Shown here piece by piece: positions 28,750-41,262 of a stretch of DNA of 64,000 nt. Numbering within the stretch: position 1 is the stretch's first letter; each line of letters starts with the position of its first letter. The notes beneath the pieces are model-generated. The model was given only the letters and a program-made list of their open reading frames with translations, was not told the DNA's origin and did no database searches. The stretch is from Proteobacteria bacterium CG1_02_64_396. Its GTDB lineage: Bacteria; Pseudomonadota; MNWR01; CG1-02-64-396. The stretch is from contig MNWR01000015.1 of the NCBI GenBank assembly GCA_001872725.1, positions 3,257 through 67,256 of the forward strand, read 5' to 3'. Both the position numbers and the translations under genes were made by a program.

Positions 28750-31605
28750 ATGGCCAAAGCACCGAAAAGAAAACTTAGCGTCGAAACCCTTACCCACGAC
28801 GCCACCCGCAAAAACATCCCCACCGCCGAATACCAATCGGTGATGCAGAAGGAAGAGCAGACGCCGGTTCGCGTGGCCTACCCTCGCAATGCTGCCGGGC
28901 AGGAGGAAGAAAAGCAGCGCCGCAACCGCGACCTGGACCCGCAACTGGTCTGGCGCGGCAAGGATGAACAAGACTGGTCCGACCTCGTCGTTCACGCCCC
29001 GCCGGTTTACATCCAGGAAAAGGTCCACCCCAAGGTGTTGATTGATGACCTGCGCCAGCAAAGCCAGGAGCAACAGGCAGCGGCGGGGCGTCAGGCGGGG
29101 AAATTACGGCAAGTCGACCTCTTCGCCGACTTCAACGGCCTGCCCGATAACAACGCCAAAACCGAGTTCTACCAGCACGACGGCCACTGGCAGAACCGCA
29201 TGATTTTGGGCGACAGCCTGCAAGTGATGGCCTCCCTGGCCGAGCGCGAAGGGCTGCGCGGTCAGGTGCAGTGCATCTATTTCGATCCGCCCTACGGCAT
29301 CAAATTCAACAGCAACTTCCAGTGGTCCACCACCAGCCGGGACGTGAAAGACGGCAACACCGACCACATCACCCGCGAGCCGGAACAGGTCAAGGCCTTC
29401 CGCGACACCTGGCGCGACGGCATCCACTCCTACCTCACTTACCTGCGCGACCGGCTGACTGTGGCGCGGGATTTGTTGACGGATTCCGGGTCGATCTTTG
29501 TGCAGATTGGGGATGAGAACGTGCACCGGGTACGGGCGGTGATGGATGAGGTGTTTGGGGATGGGAACTTCATTTCACAGATCGGATTTGCCAAGACTTC
29601 TGGCTCGACCGATGACTATCTTGGACAAACAACCGACTACCTGCTCTGGTATGCAAGAGATCGCCAGCAGGTGAAGTATCGAGCCGCACTCAAACGTAAA
29701 CGCCCAGGTGAAGCAGGTGGCACGAATTACAACAGGCTTAGAGATATCCTCGGCAATAGCCGGTCTATCAAGACTTCCGAGGATTTGTCGTCTCAGATTG
29801 AGACTGGCGAGCTACGCATTTATTCACTGGATAATCTGACTTCCCAGAGCGCGGGTCGTGATAAGGGCGAAGGGGCAGCTTCTTGGTTCGGCGTCGAGTT
29901 GGATGGACGCATACATAAGCCATCGCTATCCGTTCGTTGGAAAACAAACGAGAGCGGTATGGCACGGCTCAAAGCAGCTGGGCGCTTGGAAGCCACGGAG
30001 AAACGACTTGGATACGTTCGCTACCTCGATGATTTTCCCGCTGTACAAATAAATAACCGCTGGGAGGATGTGGCTGCAAGTTTCATGGCGGACAAGATGT
30101 ATGTTGTTCAGACATCACCGACCGTCATTCAACGCTGCCTCCTGATGACTACCGACCCCGGCGACTTGGTTCTCGACCCCACCTGCGGTTCCGGCACCAC
30201 CGCCTACGTCGCCGAACAATGGGGCCGCCGCTGGATCACCCTTGATACCTCCCGCGTCGCCCTGGCCCTGGCCCGAGCCCGCATCATGGGTGCCCGCTAC
30301 CCCTACTACCTGCTGGCCGACAGTCGCGAGGGGCAGATCAAGGAGGCCGAAGTCACCCGCACCGCGCCTTCCAGCCAACCCACACGCGGCAACATCCGCC
30401 ACGGCTTCGTCTACGAGCGCGTCCCCCACATCACCCTGAAATCCATCGCCAACAACAGCGAGATCGACGTCATCTGGAGCAATTGGCAGGCGAAGCTGGA
30501 ACCGCTGCGCGAGCAACTCAACCAGGCGCTGGGCAAACATTGGCAGGAATGGGAAATCCCCCGCGACGCCGAGGCCCAATGGCCCGATGCGGCGAAGAAA
30601 CTCCACGCCGACTGGTGGCAAGCCCGCATCACCCGCCAGAAGGAGATCGACGCCTCCATCGCCGCCAAGGCCGAGTTCGAATACCTCTACGACAAGCCCT
30701 TTGATGACAAGAAGAAGGTCCGCGTCGCCGGTCCCTTCACCGTGGAAAGCCTGTCGCCCCACCGCGTCCTGGCCGTCGATGAAAACGACGAACTGATCAA
30801 CAAGGTGGCCGAGCTGGAGCCCGGCTACGGCGAGGAACGCAGCTTTGTCCAGATGATCCTGGAAAACCTGAAGACCGCTGGCGTTCAGCAGGCCCACAAG
30901 GAAGACAAGATCAACTTCACCGCCCTGACCCCCTGGCCGGGCAACCTGGTTTGCGCCGAGGGCCGATACGAAGATGCCGGCGGTGAAAAACGCGCCGCCA
31001 TCTTCATCGGCCCCGAGTTCGGCACCGTCTCCCGCCCCGACCTGGTGGAGGCCGCCCGCGAGGCGGGCGACGCCGCTTTCGACGTGCTCATCGCCTGCGC
31101 CTTCAACTACGACGCCCATTCCTCCGAGTTCGACAAACTCGGCCGCATCCCCGTGCTCAAGGCCCGCATGAACGCCGACCTGCACATGGCCGAAGACCTG
31201 AAGAACACCGGCAAGGGCAACCTGTTCGTGATCTTCGGCGAGCCCGACATCGACATCCTCGACGCCGAAGATGGTCAGGTGCGGGTCAAGGTCAACGGCG
31301 TGGACGTGTTCCACCCCAACACCGGCGAAGTCCGCAGCGACGGCAGCGACGGCATCGCCTGCTGGTTCATCGACACCGACTACAACATGGAATCCTTCTT
31401 CGTCCGCCACGCCTACTTCCTGGGCGCCAACGACCCCTACAAAGCATTGAAGACAACCCTCAAAGCCGAAATCGACGAGGAGGCCTGGGCTACCCTGAAC
31501 AGCGATACCTCACGCCCCTTCGACAAACCCAAGTCCGGCCGCATCGCAGTGAAGGTGATCAATCACCTGGGGGATGAGGTGATGAAGGTGTTCAGGGTGG
31601 AGTGA
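28750..31605 (+). CDS. mod: Beta-class N6-adenine DNA methyltransferase (Type III Mod-like), 951 aa, with a ~330-aa C-terminal extension.
   Basis: Motif IV FDPPYG comes before motif I LDPTCGSGTT, which is the beta-class order. The start overlaps the upstream stop region. Confidence 0.8.
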   Translation: MAKAPKRKLSVETLTHDATRKNIPTAEYQSVMQKEEQTPVRVAYPRNAAGQEEEKQRRNRDLDPQLVWRGKDEQDWSDLVVHAPPVYIQEKVHPKVLIDDLRQQSQEQQAAAGRQAGKLRQVDLFADFNGLPDNNAKTEFYQHDGHWQNRMILGDSLQVMASLAEREGLRGQVQCIYFDPPYGIKFNSNFQWSTTSRDVKDGNTDHITREPEQVKAFRDTWRDGIHSYLTYLRDRLTVARDLLTDSGSIFVQIGDENVHRVRAVMDEVFGDGNFISQIGFAKTSGSTDDYLGQTTDYLLWYARDRQQVKYRAALKRKRPGEAGGTNYNRLRDILGNSRSIKTSEDLSSQIETGELRIYSLDNLTSQSAGRDKGEGAASWFGVELDGRIHKPSLSVRWKTNESGMARLKAAGRLEATEKRLGYVRYLDDFPAVQINNRWEDVAASFMADKMYVVQTSPTVIQRCLLMTTDPGDLVLDPTCGSGTTAYVAEQWGRRWITLDTSRVALALARARIMGARYPYYLLADSREGQIKEAEVTRTAPSSQPTRGNIRHGFVYERVPHITLKSIANNSEIDVIWSNWQAKLEPLREQLNQALGKHWQEWEIPRDAEAQWPDAAKKLHADWWQARITRQKEIDASIAAKAEFEYLYDKPFDDKKKVRVAGPFTVESLSPHRVLAVDENDELINKVAELEPGYGEERSFVQMILENLKTAGVQQAHKEDKINFTALTPWPGNLVCAEGRYEDAGGEKRAAIFIGPEFGTVSRPDLVEAAREAGDAAFDVLIACAFNYDAHSSEFDKLGRIPVLKARMNADLHMAEDLKNTGKGNLFVIFGEPDIDILDAEDGQVRVKVNGVDVFHPNTGEVRSDGSDGIACWFIDTDYNMESFFVRHAYFLGANDPYKALKTTLKAEIDEEAWATLNSDTSRPFDKPKSGRIAVKVINHLGDEVMKVFRVE

Positions 31606-31818
31606 TGGCCGACCGCCACCAATTCCTCATCTACCAAGCGTTTCGAATCGGATTTCGACCGCACGGTGAAGCAGTGGGCGGTGAAGACGGGGCTTGGTGG
31701 ATCGTGGGGAAGGTCGTCAATGAGCGGGGTGATCAAGTTGCCCCGGGAATATCTAACAACATCTAAATATGTCTAACTGTTTTTAGATAGAACCACCTAG
31801 AACTGGCTAGAGGCACCT

Positions 31819-33006
31819 ATGGACCCGATCAAAAATCCCTTTTCTCCCGGTGAGGGTGCGCCACCGCCCGAATTGGTCGGGCGCGACCCACTGATCGAGC
31901 AAGCACGTATTCTGCTGGGGCGGGTGAAGCAGAAACGTCCGGAAAAGAGTCTGCTACTGACTGGCTTGCGTGGTGTGGGCAAGACCGTGCTGCTGAACGA
32001 AATCGAGCGGATGGCGAGGGCCGTTGGCTATCAGACGATTTTGCTGGAAGCGCAGGAGGAAAAGCCGCTGGGCGAGCTCATCTACCCCGCGCTGCGAGGA
32101 CTGCTTTACGAGCTGGATCGGGTGGCTGGAGGGGGCGACAAGGTCAAACGCGGGCTGGCGGTGCTGCGCAGTTTTATCGGCAGCATCAAGCTGACGGTGG
32201 GCGATGTGGCGCTGGGGTTGGACATCGAGCCGGCCAAAGGCACGGCCGATAGCGGCGATCTGGAAATCGATCTGCCGAATCTGTTTGTGGCCATCGCCGA
32301 GGCGGCGCAAGAGCGCCAGAGCGCCGTGGCCATCCTGGTGGATGAAATCCAGTACCTGAGCCAGAAGGAACTGGGGGCTCTCATCATGGCGATGCACAAG
32401 ATGCAGCAGAAGCAGTTGCCGCTGGTGCTGCTCGCCGCCGGTTTGCCGGTACTTCCCGGTATGGCAGGGGAATCGAAGTCGTATGCCGAACGGTTGTTCA
32501 ATTTCCCGGACATCGGGGCGCTGTCGGCAGCGGACGCGGCCAAGGCATTACGCGATCCAGCCCATGAAGCGGGTGTCGAATTCCAGGAGGATGCGCTGCA
32601 AGAGGTGTTCTACCTGACGCACGGTTACCCCTACTTCATTCAGGAATGGGGTTACCAATCCTGGAATATCGCGGCGGCGAGTCCAATTACCTTGCAGACC
32701 GTGCAGGCCGCTACGCCAGAGGTGATCCGTCGGCTCGACAAGAATTTTTTCCGGGTGCGCTTTGATCGACTGACACCGGGGGAGAAGAACTTTTTGCGTG
32801 CGATGGCCCATCTTGGCCCCGAACACCATCGCACCGGCGACATCGCCACCGTGTTGGGCATGTCGGTCAAAGGGATAGGTCCGGCTCGCTCCAAGCTGAT
32901 CAAGAAGGGAATGATCTACAGCCCGGCGCACGGCGACATGGCATTCACTGTGCCGCTGTTCGATGAGTTCATGATTCGCGCCATCCCCGAATTTATTCCC
33001 GGTTGA
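31819..33006 (+). CDS. P-loop NTPase of the Orc1/Cdc6 or Arch_ATPase (AAA_16-like) type with a C-terminal winged-helix-like region.
   Basis: FSPGEG...LVGRDPLIEQ precedes Walker A GLRGVGKT. Walker B ILVDEIQY. 395 aa. AT-rich upstream region. Confidence 0.7.
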   Translation: MDPIKNPFSPGEGAPPPELVGRDPLIEQARILLGRVKQKRPEKSLLLTGLRGVGKTVLLNEIERMARAVGYQTILLEAQEEKPLGELIYPALRGLLYELDRVAGGGDKVKRGLAVLRSFIGSIKLTVGDVALGLDIEPAKGTADSGDLEIDLPNLFVAIAEAAQERQSAVAILVDEIQYLSQKELGALIMAMHKMQQKQLPLVLLAAGLPVLPGMAGESKSYAERLFNFPDIGALSAADAAKALRDPAHEAGVEFQEDALQEVFYLTHGYPYFIQEWGYQSWNIAAASPITLQTVQAATPEVIRRLDKNFFRVRFDRLTPGEKNFLRAMAHLGPEHHRTGDIATVLGMSVKGIGPARSKLIKKGMIYSPAHGDMAFTVPLFDEFMIRAIPEFIPG

Positions 33007-33014
33007 AACCGCCC

Positions 33015-35147
33015 ATGGACTTGCGCATTGCCGATACCTTCACCGACAGCCTTGCCCGTCTGACCGGCGAGGAGCAGAAGGCCGTCAAGACGACCGCCTT
33101 CGACCTGCAACTGAACCCGGCCAATCCGGGCATGAGTTTCCACAAGCTGGACAAGGCGCGGGACAAGAACTTCTGGTCGGTGCGGGTTAGCAGCGATATT
33201 CGGCTGATCGTGCATCGCACCGAAGCCAGCTTGTTGCTGTGCTATGTGGATCACCACGACAAGGCCTATGACTGGGCCAGTCGCCGCAAACTGGAAACCC
33301 ATCCCAAAACCGGGGCGGCCCAGTGGGTGGAAATCCGCGAACGGGTGGAGGAGGTGCGGGGGCCCTATCGGGCCGAGGTGGAAACCTCCATCCCTGTGGC
33401 TGCATCCAGCCACGCAAAACCGCCGCTGTTTTCAGGCCGGACTGACGATGAATTGCTGGGTTATGGCGTTCCCGTGGAATGGCTGGCCGATGTACGTCAG
33501 GCCGACGAGGACAGCCTTCTGGAGCTGGCCGACCATCTACCAGCCGAGGCGGCCGAGGCCCTGTTGGAACTTGCCACCGGCGGCAAGCCGCAAGTGACAC
33601 CCCCGACGGCGGGGGTTGATCCCTTCAGCCATCCCGACGCGCAGCGCCGCTTCCGGGTCATGAACGATGTGGAAGAACTGGAACGTGCCCTGGCGTTTCC
33701 TTGGGAAAAGTGGACGGTTTTCCTGCACCCGGCCCAACGGCAGTGGGTGGAGCGCGACTACAGCGGACCTGTGCGGATTGCCGGTTCGGCCGGTACGGGC
33801 AAGACCATCGTCGCGCTGCATCGCGCTGTTTTTCTGGCACGCAGTCAGCCCGAAGCCCGCGTGTTGCTGGCTACCTTCTCGGAAACCCTGGCCAATGCCT
33901 TGCGTGCCAAGCTCCGGCGATTGATCAGCAACGAACCCCGTTTGGCGGAGCGGCTGGAAGTGCATGCCATGAATGCCATTGGCGAACGGCTCTATGAACA
34001 GCAATTCGGGCGGCCACATATTGCCGCGCGGGAGGTGATCAAGCGCTTCATGACAGAAGCCGTTAACCAGTTGATGGCAAAGGAAAACCCGGGCCTTAAA
34101 TTCAGCGTCAACTTTCTGCTGACGGAATGGGAAGACCTGGTCGATGCCTGGCAACTGGATGGCTGGGAGGCCTATCGCGATGTGAAGCGCTTGGGCAGAA
34201 AAACCCGCCTGCCGGAGCAGCAACGTGCCGTGTTTTGGTCGGTCTTCGATGCGGTTCGCACGCGTCTGAAGGCGGATGGCCTGCTCACCCATGCATCCAT
34301 GTTCAGCAAACTGGCCACCCATTTGGCGCAGCGCAAACATCCCCCCTTCGACTACGTCGTGGTCGATGAGGTGCAGGACGTCAGCGTCGCGCAGTTGCGT
34401 TTCCTGGCCGCCATGGGCGCAACGATGGGCCTGGGTCGACCGAACAGCCTTTTTTTTGCTGGCGACCTGGGGCAGCGGATTTTTCAGCAGCCGTTTTCTT
34501 GGAAGTCGCTGGGCGTGGATGTACGCGGGCGTTCGCGCACCCTGCACATCAATTACCGCACTTCGCACCAGATCAGGGTGCAGGCCGACCAGCTCCTGGG
34601 GCCGGAAATTTCTGATGTGGATGGCAACAAGGAAGAACGGCGCGGGACGGTTTCCGTATTCAACGGGCCGTCGCCGGTTGTTGCCACGTTCGAGAGTGAA
34701 GAGGCAGAAATTGAGGCAGTCGGCATTTGGCTGGCATCACGCAGCAAAGAGGGCGTGGCCTCCCATGAAATCGGCGTATTCGTGCGCTCGGATGCCGAAC
34801 TGGAACGCGCCCGTGCCGCAGTCGACAAGGCTGGGCTGCCGTTCAGGGTGCTTGATGAGCATGTTGAAACGGTCAGCGGCCAGGCCTCCATCAGCACCAT
34901 GCACCTGGCCAAAGGTCTGGAGTTCCGGGCCGTTGTGGTGATGGCCTGCGATGATGAAGTGATCCCGCTGCAAACACGGATTGAAGCGGTGGCCGACGAT
35001 GCCGATTTGGAGGAGGTCTACAACACCGAGCGCCATCTGCTTTATGTGGCGTGTACCCGTGCCAGGGATCAGTTGCTGGTGAGTGGGGTGCGGCCTGTCT
35101 CGGAGTTTCTGGACGACTTGGGCATTACAACGGGGAGGTTTTTGTAA
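33015..35147 (+). CDS. UvrD/Rep-type SF1 helicase with an N-terminal RelE/ParE-toxin-like domain. Alternative start is a TTG at 33003 overlapping the upstream stop.
   Basis: N-terminus SFHKLDKARDKNFWSVRVSSDIRLIVHRTEASLLLCYVDHHDKAY is RelE/ParE-like. Helicase motifs GSAGTGKT, VVVDEVQD, FAGDLGQRI, STMHLAKGLEF, YVACTRAR. Confidence 0.75.
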   Translation: MDLRIADTFTDSLARLTGEEQKAVKTTAFDLQLNPANPGMSFHKLDKARDKNFWSVRVSSDIRLIVHRTEASLLLCYVDHHDKAYDWASRRKLETHPKTGAAQWVEIRERVEEVRGPYRAEVETSIPVAASSHAKPPLFSGRTDDELLGYGVPVEWLADVRQADEDSLLELADHLPAEAAEALLELATGGKPQVTPPTAGVDPFSHPDAQRRFRVMNDVEELERALAFPWEKWTVFLHPAQRQWVERDYSGPVRIAGSAGTGKTIVALHRAVFLARSQPEARVLLATFSETLANALRAKLRRLISNEPRLAERLEVHAMNAIGERLYEQQFGRPHIAAREVIKRFMTEAVNQLMAKENPGLKFSVNFLLTEWEDLVDAWQLDGWEAYRDVKRLGRKTRLPEQQRAVFWSVFDAVRTRLKADGLLTHASMFSKLATHLAQRKHPPFDYVVVDEVQDVSVAQLRFLAAMGATMGLGRPNSLFFAGDLGQRIFQQPFSWKSLGVDVRGRSRTLHINYRTSHQIRVQADQLLGPEISDVDGNKEERRGTVSVFNGPSPVVATFESEEAEIEAVGIWLASRSKEGVASHEIGVFVRSDAELERARAAVDKAGLPFRVLDEHVETVSGQASISTMHLAKGLEFRAVVVMACDDEVIPLQTRIEAVADDADLEEVYNTERHLLYVACTRARDQLLVSGVRPVSEFLDDLGITTGRFL

Positions 35148-35209
35148 TTTTCGGCGGTCTGCGTTGTAACCAACACATGGCGCGGTCGAGTGCCCTTTTT
35201 TGCAACAGG

Positions 35210-35254
35210 CAAACGAAGAGCCATGACCGACTTTGGTCAGTGGCTCTTCGTTTG
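35210..35254. other. Strong hairpin (14-bp stem CAAACGAAGAGCCA/TGGCTCTTCGTTTG with a palindromic loop) between the helicase gene and the clpB stop.
   Basis: Seen directly in the sequence. There is no clean U-tract on either strand. Could act as a clpB or island terminator. Confidence 0.3.
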
Positions 35255-35260
35255 CTCCCC

Positions 35261-37828
<2,568 letters not shown>

Positions 37829-37889
37829 ACGGGCTCCTTGGTGGGGTCGTTCGGGACGTCCCCTCCATCTAGGGCCTGGGGTGGGGGCG

Positions 37890-40800
37890 TCAATCCCCGC
37901 AGAGTGGGGGCAGCCCCCCCCTGGCGCGCAATAGGGAGGTGATCTCAAGATCCGATAGGGGAGGGTGGAAATGGTTGCCCTGCATGGCGTCGCAGCCCAG
38001 CGAACACAGGAATGCCGCCTGCTCTGCCGTCTCGACCCCCTCGGCCACCACCGTCAGTTTCAGGGAGTGGGCCATGGCGACGATGGCAGTGACGATGGCG
38101 GAATCTTCAGGGTCGTGGTCGACGTCGCGCACGAACGATTGGTCGATCTTGAGAATGTCGAGGGGGAAGCGTTTGAGGTAACTCAATGAGGAATACCCGG
38201 TGCCGAAATCGTCGACCGACAACGTCAGCCCCATCCCCTTGAGGGTTTCGAGCATGTGCTGGGTCGACTCGGCCTGCTGCATCAACGTCCCCTCGGTGAT
38301 CTCAAGATCGAGGTAGTGGGCCGGGATTTCGAAGGCATCCAGCGCCTCGGCAATGATCGTTTTTAGCCCTTGGTCTCGGAATTGCCGGGCCGAGAGGTTG
38401 ACCGAAACCTTGGGGCAGTCGAGCCCCTCGTCGAGCCAGGCCCGGATTTGGGCACAGGCGGTATGCAGCACCCAGCGACCGATGGGGATGATCAGCCCCG
38501 CCTCCTCGGCCATGGGAATAAAATGGGCGGGAGGGATGGGGCCGCGCTCGGGGTGGTTCCATCGGGCCAGCGCCTCGATCCCGACCAACGTGGCGTCGAG
38601 CCCCGACACCTGGGGTTGATACACCAAGGAGAGCTCTCCGCCGCGTAGTGCTTTGCGCAGGGCGTTTTCAAGGGTCAGTCGGTCGTAGGCGGTGCCGTGC
38701 CGGTCGGGGGAATAGAAATGGTAGGTATTGCGCCCCGCCTCTTTGGCTTGGTACATGGCGGCGTCGGCCTTACGCAGCAGGGTTTGGCCATCCTGACCGT
38801 CGTCGGGGTAGAGGCTGATGCCGATGCTGGTGCTGGCGAAGACCTCTTGCCCCTCGACCAGAAAACGGTCGGCGAAGATGTTCAGCACCTTGGCGGCGAC
38901 GGCGGCGGTAGCTTGGGTGTCGATAACCTCCTCAACCAGGATCACGAACTCATCCCCCCCCAACCGGGCCACGGTGTCCTCTTCGCGGATGATGCGACGC
39001 AGCCTCTGCCCCGCCTCCAGCAGCAACATGTCGCCCAGGGCGTGGCCCAGGGTGTCGTTGATGACTTTGAAGCGATCCAAATCGAGGAACATCACCGCAA
39101 GCCAGTGCCCGTGGCGGCGTGCGTGAGCGATGGCGTGATCGAGCCGGTCGAGGAAGAAGGTGCGGTTGGGCAGTCGGGTCAGGGTGTCGTGGTTGGCCAG
39201 ATAATTGAGGCGGATTTCGCTCTCTTTGCGGGCGGTGATGTCGGTGAACATCCCCACATAGTGGGTGATCGCTCCGCTGTCATCGCGCACCACGGTGACG
39301 ACCAGCCATTCGGGGTAGATCTCCCCCGATTTGCGTCGATGCCAGATCTCCCCCTGCCAAGAGCCCTGTTCCAGCAGCTGCTGGTTCATTGCCTGATAAA
39401 AGGATTCGTCGTGGTGGCCGGAATGGAGCAATGCCGAGGTTTGCCCGATGGCCTCTTGGGCGGTGTAGCCGGTGATGTCGGTGAAGGCGTTGTTGACCAC
39501 GACGATCCTTTGATCGGCGTCGGAAATCATGATCCCCTCCAGGCTGTACTCGAACACCCTGGCGGCCAGTTGCAGCTCTTGTTCCTTGGCCCGTAGCTCG
39601 GTTAGATCGGTGATGAAGGCAAACGAGCGGGGATCCTCCGGCCCCGGTGCGGTCAGGGTGGTGGCGTTGATGCGCACGAACAGCGGTCGACCATCTTTGG
39701 TTTGTAAGGTGGTTTCGTAGGTACGGTGCTGGGTTTGGCTGGCCTCGTCGAGTTGGTTTTGGATCTCACGCGACCCCTCCTGGGTGGCAAAAAGGGTGGC
39801 GTGGCGTCCGATGATCTCATCGGGGTGGTAGCCCAACATGGAGCACAGCGCCTGATTCACCCCGACGGTCACCCCTTTTTCGTCTCCGGCCCAAAATCCT
39901 TCGGAGGAGGTATCGATGATTGAGCGGTAGCGCCGTTCGCTGGTGCGGATCCGCTCCTCGGCCCGCACCCGGTCGGTGACGTTGCGGCCGATGATGACCA
40001 GCCCCTTGCGGCTGCCGTCGGGGTGAAAAAGGGGGATCTTAATGACGTCGAAAATCCCCATGGTTCCGTCGCTCTGCGGAACCTGCTCCTCGACCTGGGA
40101 GGTTGTTCCCACTTGCCAGGCCTTCTCGTCGGAGGCGACACAGGCCAAAAAGGCTTCGCGAGATTCGGGATAAAGCTCGGCGAAGTCGCGATCCCCCTTG
40201 CCCAGATAATCGGTTCCCTCCATCCCCATGGTGGCCAGCCCCGCTTGGTTAATCAGCAACCAGTGCCCCTCGCCGTTCTTGAAAAAGATGGCGTCGGGGG
40301 TCGCTTCAACCAGGGTGGTGAGCTGCTCCTCGCGCAGTTCTAAGGCGCGTTTGGCTCGGGTGCGTTCGGTGACGTCGTGGATGAGCGAAAACAGCAGGGT
40401 ACGGCTACCTAGGGCAATGGGGTCTGAGTAAACCTCAACATCGCGGATCTCCCCCGAAGACAAGCGATGACGAAAACTGAAGTAGGTCTTCTCCTTGTTT
40501 TTGGCCCGCTGCATTTCGGCTGCGACCGCTGTGGGGGGCAGGGTGTTGATGTCTGAAATGTTCAGTTGCAGCAGGCGGTCGCGGGGATAGCCGTAATAGG
40601 CGCTGGCCGCCTCGTTGGCATCGACGATGGTGCCGTCGCTGGGGTCGATCAGCAGCTTAATCACTTGGTTATTGCGGAACATCCGGTGGTACAGCGCGTG
40701 GTTTTCTTGCAACTGTTCGAGGGTGTCCCGCTGATCGTCGATGTCCTGGGCAGTCAGGATCATGCCGCGCAGGTGGCCCCCCTTGCCGAGCAACGGTTCG

Positions 40801-41084
40801 CCCCGCTCTTCAATCCAACGGAACTGGTTGTCGTGGCGACGCAGGCGGTAGCGGCGGCTGAAGGGGGCTGGGTCGTGCAGCGCTTGGCGTAACTGCTCTT
40901 CGGCCTGGGGGCGGTCCTCGGGGTGGATCGCCGTAGCCGCCAGCGCCAGCTCCTGGGTGGCGGTGGTGCCCCGAAAGGCGAGCCAGGCGGGATTGAACCG
41001 TACCCAGCACCCCTGTGCGTCGAGGGCCGCGATCATCGAGGGGATGTGCCGAGCCAGATCGGCCAAGGTAATGGAACGGGGCAT
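37890..41084 (-). CDS. Multi-PAS (about 4 PAS/PAC) GGDEF-EAL signalling protein.
   Basis: Repeated PAS cores. RLGGDEF motif. EAL-domain motifs EITEG and QGNHF. Confidence 0.85.
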   Translation of the reverse strand: MPRSITLADLARHIPSMIAALDAQGCWVRFNPAWLAFRGTTATQELALAATAIHPEDRPQAEEQLRQALHDPAPFSRRYRLRRHDNQFRWIEERGEPLLGKGGHLRGMILTAQDIDDQRDTLEQLQENHALYHRMFRNNQVIKLLIDPSDGTIVDANEAASAYYGYPRDRLLQLNISDINTLPPTAVAAEMQRAKNKEKTYFSFRHRLSSGEIRDVEVYSDPIALGSRTLLFSLIHDVTERTRAKRALELREEQLTTLVEATPDAIFFKNGEGHWLLINQAGLATMGMEGTDYLGKGDRDFAELYPESREAFLACVASDEKAWQVGTTSQVEEQVPQSDGTMGIFDVIKIPLFHPDGSRKGLVIIGRNVTDRVRAEERIRTSERRYRSIIDTSSEGFWAGDEKGVTVGVNQALCSMLGYHPDEIIGRHATLFATQEGSREIQNQLDEASQTQHRTYETTLQTKDGRPLFVRINATTLTAPGPEDPRSFAFITDLTELRAKEQELQLAARVFEYSLEGIMISDADQRIVVVNNAFTDITGYTAQEAIGQTSALLHSGHHDESFYQAMNQQLLEQGSWQGEIWHRRKSGEIYPEWLVVTVVRDDSGAITHYVGMFTDITARKESEIRLNYLANHDTLTRLPNRTFFLDRLDHAIAHARRHGHWLAVMFLDLDRFKVINDTLGHALGDMLLLEAGQRLRRIIREEDTVARLGGDEFVILVEEVIDTQATAAVAAKVLNIFADRFLVEGQEVFASTSIGISLYPDDGQDGQTLLRKADAAMYQAKEAGRNTYHFYSPDRHGTAYDRLTLENALRKALRGGELSLVYQPQVSGLDATLVGIEALARWNHPERGPIPPAHFIPMAEEAGLIIPIGRWVLHTACAQIRAWLDEGLDCPKVSVNLSARQFRDQGLKTIIAEALDAFEIPAHYLDLEITEGTLMQQAESTQHMLETLKGMGLTLSVDDFGTGYSSLSYLKRFPLDILKIDQSFVRDVDHDPEDSAIVTAIVAMAHSLKLTVVAEGVETAEQAAFLCSLGCDAMQGNHFHPPLSDLEITSLLRARGGLPPLCGD

Positions 41085-41159
41085 GGTCAGTCCTTGGGGC
41101 GCGAAATCCAGCTTTCCCGGCGAGGGAAGGGAAGCGGTGGTTGATGCGGCGTTTCTGTG

Positions 41160-41258
41160 CGGCCCAGGGATGGGCCGCCAAAATCAGGAACGTAGGAGGC
41201 GACTCCGTCGCCGAAGCTCTGCTGAAAAAGGCAGGAGCCTTGAATCAGCGTTTCCCTA
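41160..41258. repeat. MITE-like repeat, copy C, truncated at the left end.
   Basis: GGGATGGGCCGCCAAAATCAGGAACGT ... TTGAATCAGCGTTTCCCTA. Ends 5 bp before the radC stop. Confidence 0.6.
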
Positions 41259-41262
41259 AAGG

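Noticed and set aside
26234-31410. 842-aa and 431-aa minus-strand ORFs.
   Set aside because: Antisense to res, the dinD-like gene and mod. No motifs. They are GC-skew artefacts.
24320-35260. Searched the island for an integrase, transposase or recombinase.
   Set aside because: None of the five island genes has tyrosine- or serine-recombinase or DDE motifs. The island is reported as integrase-less rather than as a prophage or ICE.
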